Part shown: positions 15,822 through 24,854 of the stretch, piece after piece
Layout: each line of letters starts with the position of its first letter
Numbering within the stretch: position 1 is the first letter of the stretch
DNA from: Schaalia odontolytica
GTDB lineage: Bacteria; Actinomycetota; Actinomycetes; Actinomycetales; Actinomycetaceae
NCBI RefSeq assembly: GCF_005696695.1
Contig: NZ_CP040006.1
Span: 420,001 to 452,000 of the forward strand
Direction: 5' to 3'
Length of the DNA: 32,000 bases
Notes under the pieces: model-generated
Database searches by the model: none
Told to the model about the DNA's origin: nothing
What the model saw: only the letters and a program-made list of their open reading frames with translations
Made by a program: the position numbers and the translations under genes

Positions 15822-17541
15822 CGATGCGCTGAACCCCGCAGGCAACGGCCTGGGCCCCGACGAGTGGTGGAAGGGCGCGGTCGTCTACCAGATCTACCCG
15901 CGTTCTTTCAAAGACTCCAACGGCGACGGCTTCGGCGATCTCGAGGGCATCCGCTCCAAGCTCGACTACCTGAAGTCCCTGGGCGTGGATGTTCTGTGGC
16001 TCTCGCCGATCTATGCCTCTCCGCAGGCGGACAACGGCTACGACATCGCCGACTACTACGACATCGACCCGATGTTCGGCACGCTGTCGGACTTCGACCG
16101 CCTGCTGGAGGGTGTCCACGAGCGGGGTATGCGCCTCGTTATGGACCTGGTCGTCAACCACTCCTCGGATGAGAACCCGTGGTTCGTTGAGTCGCGCTCC
16201 TCGCGGGAGAACCCGAAGCGCGACTGGTACATCTGGCGAGACCCCCGCCCCGGGTTCGTGGGCGGCGAGGCCGGGGCGGAGCCCACCAATTGGGGGTCCT
16301 TCTTCTCCGGCTCGGCCTGGGCCTGGGACGAGGCCACGGGACAGTACTACCTGCACCTGTTCCACAGGAAGCAGCCCGACCTGAACTGGGAGAACCCGCA
16401 GGTTCGCGCGGCCGTCTACGAGATGATGAACTGGTGGCTCGACCGCGGTGTCGACGGCTTCCGCATGGATGTCATCAACCTGATCTCGAAGGAACCGGGC
16501 CTGCCCGACGGCGTCGTCTACCCCGGGCGCGCGTGGGGCGAGGGCTTCCCGCACTTCTCCGAAGGCCCCCACCTGCACGAATACCTCGCCGAGATGCGCC
16601 GCGAGGTCTTCGATGGCCGCGCGGGCACCATGACGGTCGGCGAGTGCCCCGGCGTGCGCCGCGACAACGTCCTGCTGTTCACAGACCCGGCCCGGCGTGA
16701 GCTCGACATGGTCTTCCAATTCGACCACGTTGACCTCGGCCTCGAAGCAGGGAAGTTTCACCCGCGCCCGCTGCGGCCCGGCGAGCTCGCAGACTGCCTG
16801 AGCGCCTGGCAGGAGGCCCAGGGTGAGGTCGGCTGGAACAGCCTCTACCTGGACAATCACGACCAACCGCGGGCCGTTAGCCGCTTCGGCGACGAATCGC
16901 GCCGCTACGAGTCGGCAACGGCCCTGGCCACCGCCCTGCACATGCTGCGTGGCACGCCCTACGTGTACCAGGGCGAGGAACTCGGCATGACCAACAGCGT
17001 CTTCGGGGGCATCGACGACTACCGTGACGTCGAGGCGCTGCGCTACTACCGCGAGGCCGTGGAGTCGGGGGAGAGCCCCGAGTCGGTCCTGAAGGGGCTG
17101 GCCTTCACCGGCCGCGACAACGCGCGTACCCCCGTCCAGTGGGATGCGAGCGAAAATGCGGGCTTTACGGAGGGCACCCCGTGGATCGGCGTCACCCCGA
17201 ACTATCGCGACATCAACGCGGCCTCCCAGGTCGGCGACCCGTCCTCCGTGTACGCGTACTACCGCGCGCTCGCGGACATCCGCCACGGGCTGCCCGTTAT
17301 CGCGGCCGGATCATTTGAGCGCATTGAGACTCCCTCGCCCGCGATCTTCGCCTATAGGCGCACGCTCGGCGAGGCCGTGGCAACCATCCTCGTCAACCTC
17401 TCCTCCCAGCCGGCCTCCCTCGGCGAGGCCGTGCGCGGGGTGAGTGGGGACCTCCTCCTGGCCAACCGCGACCTGCCCGAGGAGGACCGGGGTATCCCGG
17501 AGAGCCTCGGAGAATGGGAGGCGCGCGTCTACCTCGCGTGA
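15808..17541 (+). CDS. GH13 alpha-glucosidase, oligo-1,6-glucosidase type
   Basis: All four GH13 regions are present: DLVVNHSS, GFRMDVINL, MTVGECPG, YLDNHDQPR. The N-terminal VVYQIYPRSFKDSNGDGFGDLEGI is typical of oligo-1,6-glucosidase/trehalose-6-P hydrolase-like enzymes. Confidence 0.88.
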   Translation: MFFCNDALNPAGNGLGPDEWWKGAVVYQIYPRSFKDSNGDGFGDLEGIRSKLDYLKSLGVDVLWLSPIYASPQADNGYDIADYYDIDPMFGTLSDFDRLLEGVHERGMRLVMDLVVNHSSDENPWFVESRSSRENPKRDWYIWRDPRPGFVGGEAGAEPTNWGSFFSGSAWAWDEATGQYYLHLFHRKQPDLNWENPQVRAAVYEMMNWWLDRGVDGFRMDVINLISKEPGLPDGVVYPGRAWGEGFPHFSEGPHLHEYLAEMRREVFDGRAGTMTVGECPGVRRDNVLLFTDPARRELDMVFQFDHVDLGLEAGKFHPRPLRPGELADCLSAWQEAQGEVGWNSLYLDNHDQPRAVSRFGDESRRYESATALATALHMLRGTPYVYQGEELGMTNSVFGGIDDYRDVEALRYYREAVESGESPESVLKGLAFTGRDNARTPVQWDASENAGFTEGTPWIGVTPNYRDINAASQVGDPSSVYAYYRALADIRHGLPVIAAGSFERIETPSPAIFAYRRTLGEAVATILVNLSSQPASLGEAVRGVSGDLLLANRDLPEEDRGIPESLGEWEARVYLA

Positions 17542-17548
17542 GCGACGA

Positions 17549-17577
17549 AGGCCCGGGATCGGCGAGATCCCGGGCCT
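17549..17577. terminator. Bidirectional hairpin between the convergent GH13 gene and menB
   Basis: Perfect 12-bp stem aggcccgggatc / gatcccgggcct with loop ggcga. Confidence 0.7.
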
Positions 17578-17609
17578 GTGGTCACTGAGTGTCGGTGAGG
17601 AAACCAGCC

Positions 17610-18590
17610 TCAGTAGTAGTAGGGGTAATCCTCCCAGCGGGGGGCGCGGTGCTCGAGGAAGGCGTCGCGCCCCTCCTGCGCCTCGGCCGTCATGTAGGCC
17701 ATGCGCGTGGCCTCGCCCGCGAAGACCTGCTGGCCGGCCAGGCCGTCGTCGGCCAGGTTGAAAGCGAACTTGAGCATGCGGATGGCCTGCGGGGACTTCG
17801 TCGCGATGGTCGCGGCCCACTCCAGGGCGGTCTCCTCGAGTTCGGCGTGGGGGACGGCGCGGTTGATGACGCCCCAGCGTTCGGCAGTTTCGGCATCGTA
17901 GCGCTCGGCGAGGAAGAAAATCTCGCGCGCCCGCTTATCCCCGGCCTGGCGGGCCAGGAGAGCCGATCCGTAGCCGGCGTCGAAGGAGCCGACGTTCGCG
18001 TCCGTCTGCATGAAGGCCGCGTGCTCGATGGAAGCGACCGACAGGTCCGCGACCACGTTGAGGGAGTGACCGCCGCCGGCAGCCCATCCGGGGACGGCCG
18101 CGATGACGACCTTCGGCATCGTGCGGATGAGGCGCTGGACCTCAAGGATGTGTAGGCGTCCGGCGCGCGCGGGGTCGATCTGCTCGCGGCGCTGGGCGGT
18201 GGCCGCCTCGGGGTCCGCGCCCTCGACCTCGTAACGGTAGCCGTCGCGGCCTCGCACCCTCTGGTCGCCGCCGGAGCAGAAGGAGTATCCGCCGTCTCGC
18301 GCCGAGGGGCCGTTGCCCGTCAGGATGACGGCCGCGACCGAGGACGTCTGGCGCGCATGGTCGAGCGCGCGGTACAGCTCGTCGACGGTGCCGGGGCGGA
18401 AGGCGTTGCGGATGTCGGGGCGATCAAAGGCGATGCGCACGACCGGCATGTCGGCGCCCTCGGGACGGCCGTCGGCCTCGGGGCCGCGCGAGATACCGCG
18501 GTGGTAGGTGATGTCGGCGAAGTCGAATCCCTCGACCTCGCGCCAGCGGGTCGGGTCGAAGGTGTCGGACACGAAGGGGAGAGCGCTCAT
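17610..18590 (-). CDS. menB: 1,4-dihydroxy-2-naphthoyl-CoA synthase
   Basis: Crotonase fold with MenB blocks: RIAFDRPDIRNAFRP, FCSGGDQRVRG, GWAAGGGHSL, DANVGSFDAGYGSA, and the C-terminal EGRDAFLEHRAPRW. Start at Met 18588-18590; the upstream extension is non-homologous. Confidence 0.92.
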   Translation of the reverse strand: MSALPFVSDTFDPTRWREVEGFDFADITYHRGISRGPEADGRPEGADMPVVRIAFDRPDIRNAFRPGTVDELYRALDHARQTSSVAAVILTGNGPSARDGGYSFCSGGDQRVRGRDGYRYEVEGADPEAATAQRREQIDPARAGRLHILEVQRLIRTMPKVVIAAVPGWAAGGGHSLNVVADLSVASIEHAAFMQTDANVGSFDAGYGSALLARQAGDKRAREIFFLAERYDAETAERWGVINRAVPHAELEETALEWAATIATKSPQAIRMLKFAFNLADDGLAGQQVFAGEATRMAYMTAEAQEGRDAFLEHRAPRWEDYPYYY

Positions 18591-18881
18591 GTGTCGGATT
18601 CTAATCGACGAGGCAGTGGCAGGCGTCGGGGGATGCCTGCTCGAGAGGGGTGGCGGCGTTGACGACCAGCCTGGGACGAAGGACATGCGTGGGGCTATGG
18701 ATGCGCAACCTAACCAATCGGAACAAAGGCTACTTTCTTGTAACCGTTTTATATGGCGTCTAGACACTTGAGGGTGTGTCCTGCCAGACGCGCCTACTTG
18801 CCACGTGTTCAACAGTTCCAAAGAGTCTGTCACTTTGGCGTGCTTACTGCGCAATTGGTTACAAGTTGATGTGTGTAGGAT

Positions 18882-18910
18882 TTGTCGATTATCTGAGGTT
18901 GCGCGATAAT
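18882..18910 (+). promoter_or_regulatory. Candidate menC-menD promoter
   Basis: TTGTCG (18882-18887), 17-nt spacer, GATAAT (18905-18910). It lies about 27 nt upstream of the GTG start, with AAGGAGG at 18924-18930. Confidence 0.4.
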
Positions 18911-18936
18911 ATTACCGGTAAGTAAGGAGGGTTCTA

Positions 18937-19995
18937 GTGAACGCAGCGCAGCAACCGACGCTCATGCGCATTCCAATGCGCACGCTCAGCCGTCAAACGC
19001 GTTACGCCCTCGAAGGCGTCGACGACATCCTTGTGTACAAGGTAGCGATGACGACGCGCTTCCGCGGCGTGACTCGCCGCGAGGGGCTCCTCCTGCACGG
19101 ACACGCCGGTTGGGGAGAGGCTGCGCCCTTCTGGAACTATGACGATCTGGAGTCCTCGCGCTGGCTGGCGGCGGCCCTCGAGTCCGCTCGCCGTTTCCCG
19201 CCGGTGCCTCGACGCAAGTTCGTGCCCGTCAACGTCACGATCCCCGTCATTTCGCCGGAGGAAGCCTACGAGCGCGTGAAGGCCTCGGGCGGGTGTGCGA
19301 CCGCGAAGATCAAGGTTGCTGAGCCCGGCGTCAGCGTTGGGCGCGACTGTGCGCGCATCGCCGCGGTCGCAGACGCCCTGCGTGAGACCGTGGGCGGGCA
19401 GGCGATGATCCGCCTCGACGCCAACGGCGCGTGGGAGGTCGATGAGGCTCGCGAGGCCATCCCCGCAATGGCGGCGGCCGCCGGCGTCGTTCCCATCGAA
19501 TACGTTGAGCAGCCCTGCCTGACGGTGGACGAGCTGGCCCAGGTGCGCCGATCCGTGGATGTGCCGATCGCCGCCGACGAGTCGATCCGTCGCGCTGAGG
19601 ACCCGCTGGAGGTGGCCCGCAAGGAGGCCGCCGACGTCGTCATCATCAAGGTTGCGCCACTCGGAGGTGTGCGCGCCGCACTCAAGGTTGCCCGCAAGAG
19701 CGGCCTCGGCGTCGTCGTGTCCTCCGCCCTCGAGACGTCCGTCGGCCTGTCGGTCGGCGTCGCCGCTGCTGCCGCCGTGCCCGGTGTGCCCCGGGCCGCC
19801 GGACTGGCCACCGCCTCGTTGCTGGTGGGCGACGTGACCCAGCCCCTGATTCCCGAGCGCGGCCGCCTGCCCGTGGGGCGCCTCGAGCCGGACCAGGAGC
19901 TCATTGACCGCACCCCGGTCGACGGCGACCTCGTCTCCCGCTGGGGCATGCGCCTCGAAGGCATGGCCGAGCACCTGAGGGTGGGCTCCCGGTAG
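18937..19995 (+). CDS. menC: o-succinylbenzoate synthase (enolase superfamily)
   Basis: GTG start 6 nt after AAGGAGG. Enolase-superfamily metal ligand blocks KIKV, RLDANGAW, IEYVEQP, AADES. Sits in men gene context. Confidence 0.85.
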   Translation: MNAAQQPTLMRIPMRTLSRQTRYALEGVDDILVYKVAMTTRFRGVTRREGLLLHGHAGWGEAAPFWNYDDLESSRWLAAALESARRFPPVPRRKFVPVNVTIPVISPEEAYERVKASGGCATAKIKVAEPGVSVGRDCARIAAVADALRETVGGQAMIRLDANGAWEVDEAREAIPAMAAAAGVVPIEYVEQPCLTVDELAQVRRSVDVPIAADESIRRAEDPLEVARKEAADVVIIKVAPLGGVRAALKVARKSGLGVVVSSALETSVGLSVGVAAAAAVPGVPRAAGLATASLLVGDVTQPLIPERGRLPVGRLEPDQELIDRTPVDGDLVSRWGMRLEGMAEHLRVGSR

Positions 19996-20004
19996 GCTGG
20001 GCGT

Positions 20005-21666
20005 ATGCCCTCCGTCGATACCGCCAGCGCTATCCTCTCGTCCCTGGATACCCTGGGCGTCACGCACGTCCTGTACTGCCCGGGTTCGCGCTCCGCGCCC
20101 TTCGCCTACGCTCTCGAAGCGGGCTCTTTCGGCGGGGATGCGCGCCCCATCCTGGATGAGCGCGGCGCCGGTTTCGCTGCCGTCGGCCTGGCGCGCACCG
20201 GAGGGCTGCCCGCTATTGTCGTCACCTCCGGCACCGCCGTCGCCGAGCTGGCCCCCGCTGTCCTCGAGGCCTCGCACGCGCGCCTGCCCCTGCTGGTCCT
20301 GAGCGCCGACCGCCCCGGCGAACTGCGCGGCGTTGGAGCCTCCCAGGCGACCCACCAGTCCAGCTTCTTCGGCACGCACGTGCGCGCGAGCGTCGATCTG
20401 GAGCCGCAGGAGGCCTCGCCCTCTCTGGTCGGCCACCTCACCCGCGCGGTCGCGGCCGCCTGCGGGGCACCGAGCGGCACGCCCGGGCCCGTGCAGATCA
20501 ACGTCGCCTTCCGCGACCCGCTGACCCCCGTCCGTCCCGCCTCCGACTCAGGGGATGAGGCCGTGGCCCCCTTCGTCCCCCGCCCGACCCGGGTGATGGG
20601 TGCGCATGCCGTACCCGCGCGCTGGGAGGACGTGGTTGGTCCTGCCGACGCCGGGCTGATTGTCGCGGGTGAGGGTGCCTCGCCCTGCGCCTGCGAGTGG
20701 TCGGAGGCCTCGGGCTTCCCGCTGCTCGCCGAACCGGCGTCGGGCGCGTGGCGCGGCGGGGGAGTGACCCCCTTCGAGCAGTCCCTCGTCAGCTCGCCGC
20801 TGGGGCGTGAGGTCGACGCGGTCGTCGTGACCGGGCGCCCGACGCTGTCCCGCCCGATTCAGGCTCTGCTCGCGCGCCCCGACGTGCGTGTCGTCGTTGT
20901 CGATGCGCACGCCCCGTGGGTGGACATCTCGGGCAACGCCTCGGTCGTCGTCGCCGACCTCGAGCCGGCCCGCGAGCCGATCCGCGCCGCTCAGGCCGAG
21001 TGGGCCTCTCGCGTGCGCCAAGCCGCCCGCGACGCCGGCGAGCGCATCGAATCCCTGCTCGCCTCCGGCTCTGGGCGCACGATGCTCGACCTCGCTCGAA
21101 GCGTCGCCGCCTCGACGAGCGGCCCCCTCGTGCTGGGCGCCTCCAACCCCGTGCGCGCCTTCGACCTTGCTGTCCCCACGCTGGAGGGGCGCGTCGTCCA
21201 CTCCAACCGGGGACAGGCCGGCATCGACGGCACCATCGCGACCGCCGTCGGCATCTGCCTGGGCTCCGGATACGCGGGCGAGGCCTCGGCCCCCGCGGGC
21301 GAGCGCGTCACCGCCGTCATGGGCGACCTCACGGCCTGCCACGACGCCTCATCCCTCGCCCTGGCGGCGAGCGTGGGCGCTCACCTCGACATCATCGTCG
21401 CGGACGACCAGGGTGGCGGCATCTTCGCCACCCTCGAGCACGGGCGCGCCGCCAGCGCCGAGGCCTACGACCGTTGGTTCGGCCTCGCTCAGTCGGTGGA
21501 CTACGAGGCGCTCGCGGCCGCGTACGGCGTGGCCTTCGCGCGAGCCGACGCGCCTCGGGAACTGGAGTCGTTGCTCGCCCACCCCACCAGCGGACCGCGG
21601 TTGATTCACGCGCCGGTCGAGCGCGCCGCGCACCTGTACACGGCCATCCGTGACGTGTTGTCCTGA
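20005..21666 (+). CDS. menD: SEPHCHC synthase (2-succinyl-5-enolpyruvyl-6-hydroxy-3-cyclohexene-1-carboxylate synthase)
   Basis: ThDP-enzyme blocks VLYCPGSRSAP, SADRPGELRGVGASQ, and the ThDP-binding GDLTACHD...DDQGGGIF. Directly follows menC. Confidence 0.9.
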   Translation: MPSVDTASAILSSLDTLGVTHVLYCPGSRSAPFAYALEAGSFGGDARPILDERGAGFAAVGLARTGGLPAIVVTSGTAVAELAPAVLEASHARLPLLVLSADRPGELRGVGASQATHQSSFFGTHVRASVDLEPQEASPSLVGHLTRAVAAACGAPSGTPGPVQINVAFRDPLTPVRPASDSGDEAVAPFVPRPTRVMGAHAVPARWEDVVGPADAGLIVAGEGASPCACEWSEASGFPLLAEPASGAWRGGGVTPFEQSLVSSPLGREVDAVVVTGRPTLSRPIQALLARPDVRVVVVDAHAPWVDISGNASVVVADLEPAREPIRAAQAEWASRVRQAARDAGERIESLLASGSGRTMLDLARSVAASTSGPLVLGASNPVRAFDLAVPTLEGRVVHSNRGQAGIDGTIATAVGICLGSGYAGEASAPAGERVTAVMGDLTACHDASSLALAASVGAHLDIIVADDQGGGIFATLEHGRAASAEAYDRWFGLAQSVDYEALAAAYGVAFARADAPRELESLLAHPTSGPRLIHAPVERAAHLYTAIRDVLS

Positions 21667-21788
21667 CGGGACGCGTGTTCGCTGTGAGGTTGAACGGTTT
21701 ACAGGAAACTTCCAGGACGCTTTCAGTGGCCCTTTGAGGAAACGGCCCATACTGGTGGGCAGATAACGAACTGACACCAGAGGAAACC

Positions 21789-23267
21789 ATGACTCAGCCT
21801 CATATTCCGGCCCACGATGCCGACTCGGCGCGCGACGCTGAGACGGCCTCGGCCCCCAGCTACCCGCAGCGCTCGACGGTCCAGGACCACTCGGCCACCC
21901 AGGAGCTTCCGGCCGCGCAGGACGCCACGCGCGAGATGCCCTCCGCCACGACGATCCCCGCGCCGCCCGCGGGCACGGTTCCGCCCGTCTCTGCGCCGGG
22001 CGCCCCCGCCGTGCCGGCCGCACCCTCCGTGCCTGCCCAGGACGCTCCCGCGTCCGGCGGCGCATACTCCGCCCCCTCCGGCCAGCCCTACAGCGGATAC
22101 GCGGCCCCGGCCTCGCCGGACGCCTTCGCGTCGCCCACCGTCATCGTGACGAAGAAGGGCCCGGGCTGGGTCGCCCTCCTCGGCGCGATGCTCCTGACGA
22201 TCGGACTGACCCTCGGCGCCGTGTTCTACGCGCGCCCCGCGATGCTGCGCGCGTCCACGCCCACCAACCTCAACGGGGGAACAGTGGCCACCGTGCCCGT
22301 CTCGAACAGCTCCGGAACGGACTGGACGGACGTCGCCGCCGCCGTGTCGCCCGCCGTCGTGACCATCCAGGCGCAGGGCGCGTCCTCGGGCGGCACCGGC
22401 TCCGGCGTCGTCTACGACGCGCAGGGCGACATCGTCACCAACTACCACGTCATCGCCTCCGCCCTCGGCGGGGGACAGATCCAGGTGACCCTCGCCGACG
22501 GGCGCCTGTACAGCGCCGTGGTCGTCGGCCACGACAAGACCACAGACCTGGCCGTCATCCGCTTGGAGAACCCGCCCTCGGACCTCACCGTCGCGCGCTT
22601 TGCCTCCTCCGCGAACCTCGAGGTCGGTGCCCCCGTCATGGCGATCGGCGCGCCCCTGGGCCTGTCGAACACGGTGACGACCGGCATTGTCTCCGCCCTC
22701 AACCGCCCCGTCGAGGTCTCCGTGGACGAATCCGCGACCTCGGAGGACGGCACGCAGGCTTCCTCGGATCTCGTGGTGACGAACGCGATCCAGATCGACG
22801 CGTCGATCAACCCCGGTAACTCGGGCGGCCCGCTGTTCGACGCGAGTGGCGCGGTCATCGGCATTAACTCCTCGATCAAGTCGCTCGCCACCTCGTCGGA
22901 CGGGCAGGCGGGCTCGATCGGCCTGGGCTTCGCGATCCCCTCCGATCTGGTCGTGTCCATCGCGGACCAGCTCATCGCCTCCGGCAGCGCCTCGCACGGC
23001 TTGCTCGGCGTGACCGTCAAGGCCGCGACGACGACCGTCGGCTCCGACACCTACGTGGGCGCCGAGGTCCAGGACGTCTCCGCAGGTTCCGGCGCCTCCG
23101 CTGCGGGCATCCGCGCCGGCGACGTCATCGTCAAGGTCGAAGGTCAGGAAGTGACCAGCCCCAAGCAGCTGATCGGCTACGTGCGCCGCTACAAGGCCGG
23201 CGACACCGTCACCATGACGATCGTGCGCGACGGCGCCACGCAGGACGTGTCCGTGCGGATTCAGTGA
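21789..23267 (+). CDS. htrA: HtrA/PepD-like S1C serine protease with PDZ domain
   Basis: Pro/Ala-rich N-terminus, one TM helix (WVALLGAMLLTIGLTLGAVFY), catalytic blocks TNYHVI, TDLAVIRL, NPGNSGGPLFD, and a C-terminal PDZ-like segment. Confidence 0.88.
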   Translation: MTQPHIPAHDADSARDAETASAPSYPQRSTVQDHSATQELPAAQDATREMPSATTIPAPPAGTVPPVSAPGAPAVPAAPSVPAQDAPASGGAYSAPSGQPYSGYAAPASPDAFASPTVIVTKKGPGWVALLGAMLLTIGLTLGAVFYARPAMLRASTPTNLNGGTVATVPVSNSSGTDWTDVAAAVSPAVVTIQAQGASSGGTGSGVVYDAQGDIVTNYHVIASALGGGQIQVTLADGRLYSAVVVGHDKTTDLAVIRLENPPSDLTVARFASSANLEVGAPVMAIGAPLGLSNTVTTGIVSALNRPVEVSVDESATSEDGTQASSDLVVTNAIQIDASINPGNSGGPLFDASGAVIGINSSIKSLATSSDGQAGSIGLGFAIPSDLVVSIADQLIASGSASHGLLGVTVKAATTTVGSDTYVGAEVQDVSAGSGASAAGIRAGDVIVKVEGQEVTSPKQLIGYVRRYKAGDTVTMTIVRDGATQDVSVRIQ

Positions 23268-23283
23268 GCTGCGCGCGCTGACG

Positions 23284-23317
23284 AGGCCCGCCGTCCCTGT
23301 GAAGGGGTGGCGGGCCT
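23284..23317 (+). terminator. Intrinsic terminator after htrA
   Basis: Stem aggcccgcc / ggcgggcct with extra inner pairs (gtccc..ggggt), followed by ttgtg. Confidence 0.65.
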
Positions 23318-23418
23318 TTGTGCGTGGTGGGCTTGCGAGGGTGCATATGCGCAGTTTTCGGCCGCTGATGTGCCGCACGTTGATGTGACGCCCCCGCATC
23401 TGGGCTTGTGTCGACCAG

Positions 23419-23499
23419 GATTCAACCTGATCGGGAAGATTCAACCCGTTCTGATCGGGTGGAATGTTCCCGATGGGGTGGAATCTTCCCGATCGGGTG
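23419..23499. repeat. Four degenerate tandem units (19-24 nt) with an embedded perfect 14-nt inverted repeat
   Basis: Units: gattcaacctgatcgggaa / gattcaacccgttctgatcgggtg / gaatgttcccgatggggtg / gaatcttcccgatcgggtg. gatcgggaagattc (23429-23442) is the reverse complement of gaatcttcccgatc (23481-23494). Confidence 0.75.
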
Positions 23500-23569
23500 G
23501 AGCGCTGGCGCAATCAAGCCGCTGAGTTGCCAGAAGTGGGTTCCGGCGTGCCGCAATACTCTGCGCGAT

Positions 23570-24805
23570 TCAGACCCCGAGGGCGTCCAGGAGCGGGCGC
23601 ATCTTCGCTTCGGTCTCGGCCAGCTCGGCATCCGGGTCGGAATCCGGCATGATGCCGGCCCCCGCGAAAAGGCGCAGACGCGTGCCCGACGTGAGCCCGC
23701 AGCGCAGCGCGATCGCAAACTCGCCGTTCCCCGCCGTGTCGACCCAGCCCACGGGCCCCGAGTAGCGGCCGCGCTCGGTGTCTTCCAGCTCTTCGATGAG
23801 TCGCATCGCCGCGTCGCGCGGAGTGCCGCACACGGCGGCCGTCGGATGCAGGGCAGCCACCAGATCCAGGAGGTGGGCCTCGCCCAGGCGCGCGTGCACG
23901 TCCGTCGCCAGGTGAACGACGTTGGGCAGTGATAGGAGGAACGGCCCCTGAGTCGTCACCGAGGAGCACAGCTGCGTCAGGATCGACGACACGGACTCGG
24001 AGGCCAGGTCATGCTCGCGCAGATCCTTCGCGCTCGACGCGAGCGCCTCGCCCTCGCCGGGCTTGCACGTGCCCGCCAGGACACGAGAGCTCGCCGTGCC
24101 GCCCGAGGCCGCGATCAGCATCTCCGGGGAGGCTCCCACCAGCGAATCCACACAGAAACGCCACGTCGACGGATACAGATCGCTGAGGCGTTCAAGCAGG
24201 AAACGCTCGTCGAATCCGCGTGCGCACCGCACCGTCATGTCGCGCGCCATGACGGCTTTGTCGGCGGCCCCATCGCGCAGGCGCTGCGCCATCGCCCGTA
24301 CCGAGTCGCGCCACTGGCCGCGCGACATCGACCCGTGTCCAAACGTCAGGGACTCCGGCACGCGCGGGGCGGGCCTCGCCTCGGCCAGGGCCTCATCAAC
24401 AGCCGCCAGCGGATCCGGGGCGTCCCCAATGCCCGCCGTGATCGCCCAGCGGGCCCCGGCCTCGTCGATGAGAGTCAGCGCGGGCATGAAGGCAACCGAG
24501 CGGGCGGGGGAGCGGAACGCGAAGGACGCGAAAAGGACGGGCGAGGGGGCTCCCTCGACGCAGGACGAGGCGGGGGTGGCCTCCCACGCGCGGCGCACGT
24601 CGGCGATCGCACCCGGGGTCGCGGACTCGATCGTGAGCGCCCGTCCCAGGCCGATCATCTGGCGGCGCTCACCCAGCCAGGCGGCGCCCCCGGAGTCGGG
24701 AAGCAGGGATGTCAGTGAGCAAGTAGACCCCGGGTGCTGCGGGGGTAGGACCAACGCCCGAAAGACGAGGCGCGAGCATCCGAAGTCGTTGTGCATGGGT
24801 TCCAT
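23570..24805 (-). CDS. menF: Isochorismate synthase
   Basis: Chorismate-binding enzyme C-terminal blocks: GTPRDAAMRLIEELE, RGRYSGPVGW, FAGAGIMPDSDPDAELAETEAKM. Start set at Met 24803-24805 (alternative 24794-24796). The 593-aa ORF-track version runs antisense through ubiE. Confidence 0.85.
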   Translation of the reverse strand: MEPMHNDFGCSRLVFRALVLPPQHPGSTCSLTSLLPDSGGAAWLGERRQMIGLGRALTIESATPGAIADVRRAWEATPASSCVEGAPSPVLFASFAFRSPARSVAFMPALTLIDEAGARWAITAGIGDAPDPLAAVDEALAEARPAPRVPESLTFGHGSMSRGQWRDSVRAMAQRLRDGAADKAVMARDMTVRCARGFDERFLLERLSDLYPSTWRFCVDSLVGASPEMLIAASGGTASSRVLAGTCKPGEGEALASSAKDLREHDLASESVSSILTQLCSSVTTQGPFLLSLPNVVHLATDVHARLGEAHLLDLVAALHPTAAVCGTPRDAAMRLIEELEDTERGRYSGPVGWVDTAGNGEFAIALRCGLTSGTRLRLFAGAGIMPDSDPDAELAETEAKMRPLLDALGV

Positions 24806-24854
24806 GGTAGGAGCAGGGGCGGCGGCGCGCTGGAAGACGTGCGAGTATTGACGC

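Noticed and set aside
17610-18854. N-terminally extended versions of real genes in the ORF track: menB 414 aa, menF 593 aa, menA 383 aa, menE 469 aa, ROK 420 aa, GH66 560 aa, permease 428 aa.
   Set aside because: The extensions are Arg/Pro/Ser-rich and cross promoters or neighbouring genes (the menF extension runs antisense through ubiE). They lack homology to the family N-termini. Internal starts with SD sequences or ATGA coupling fit better.
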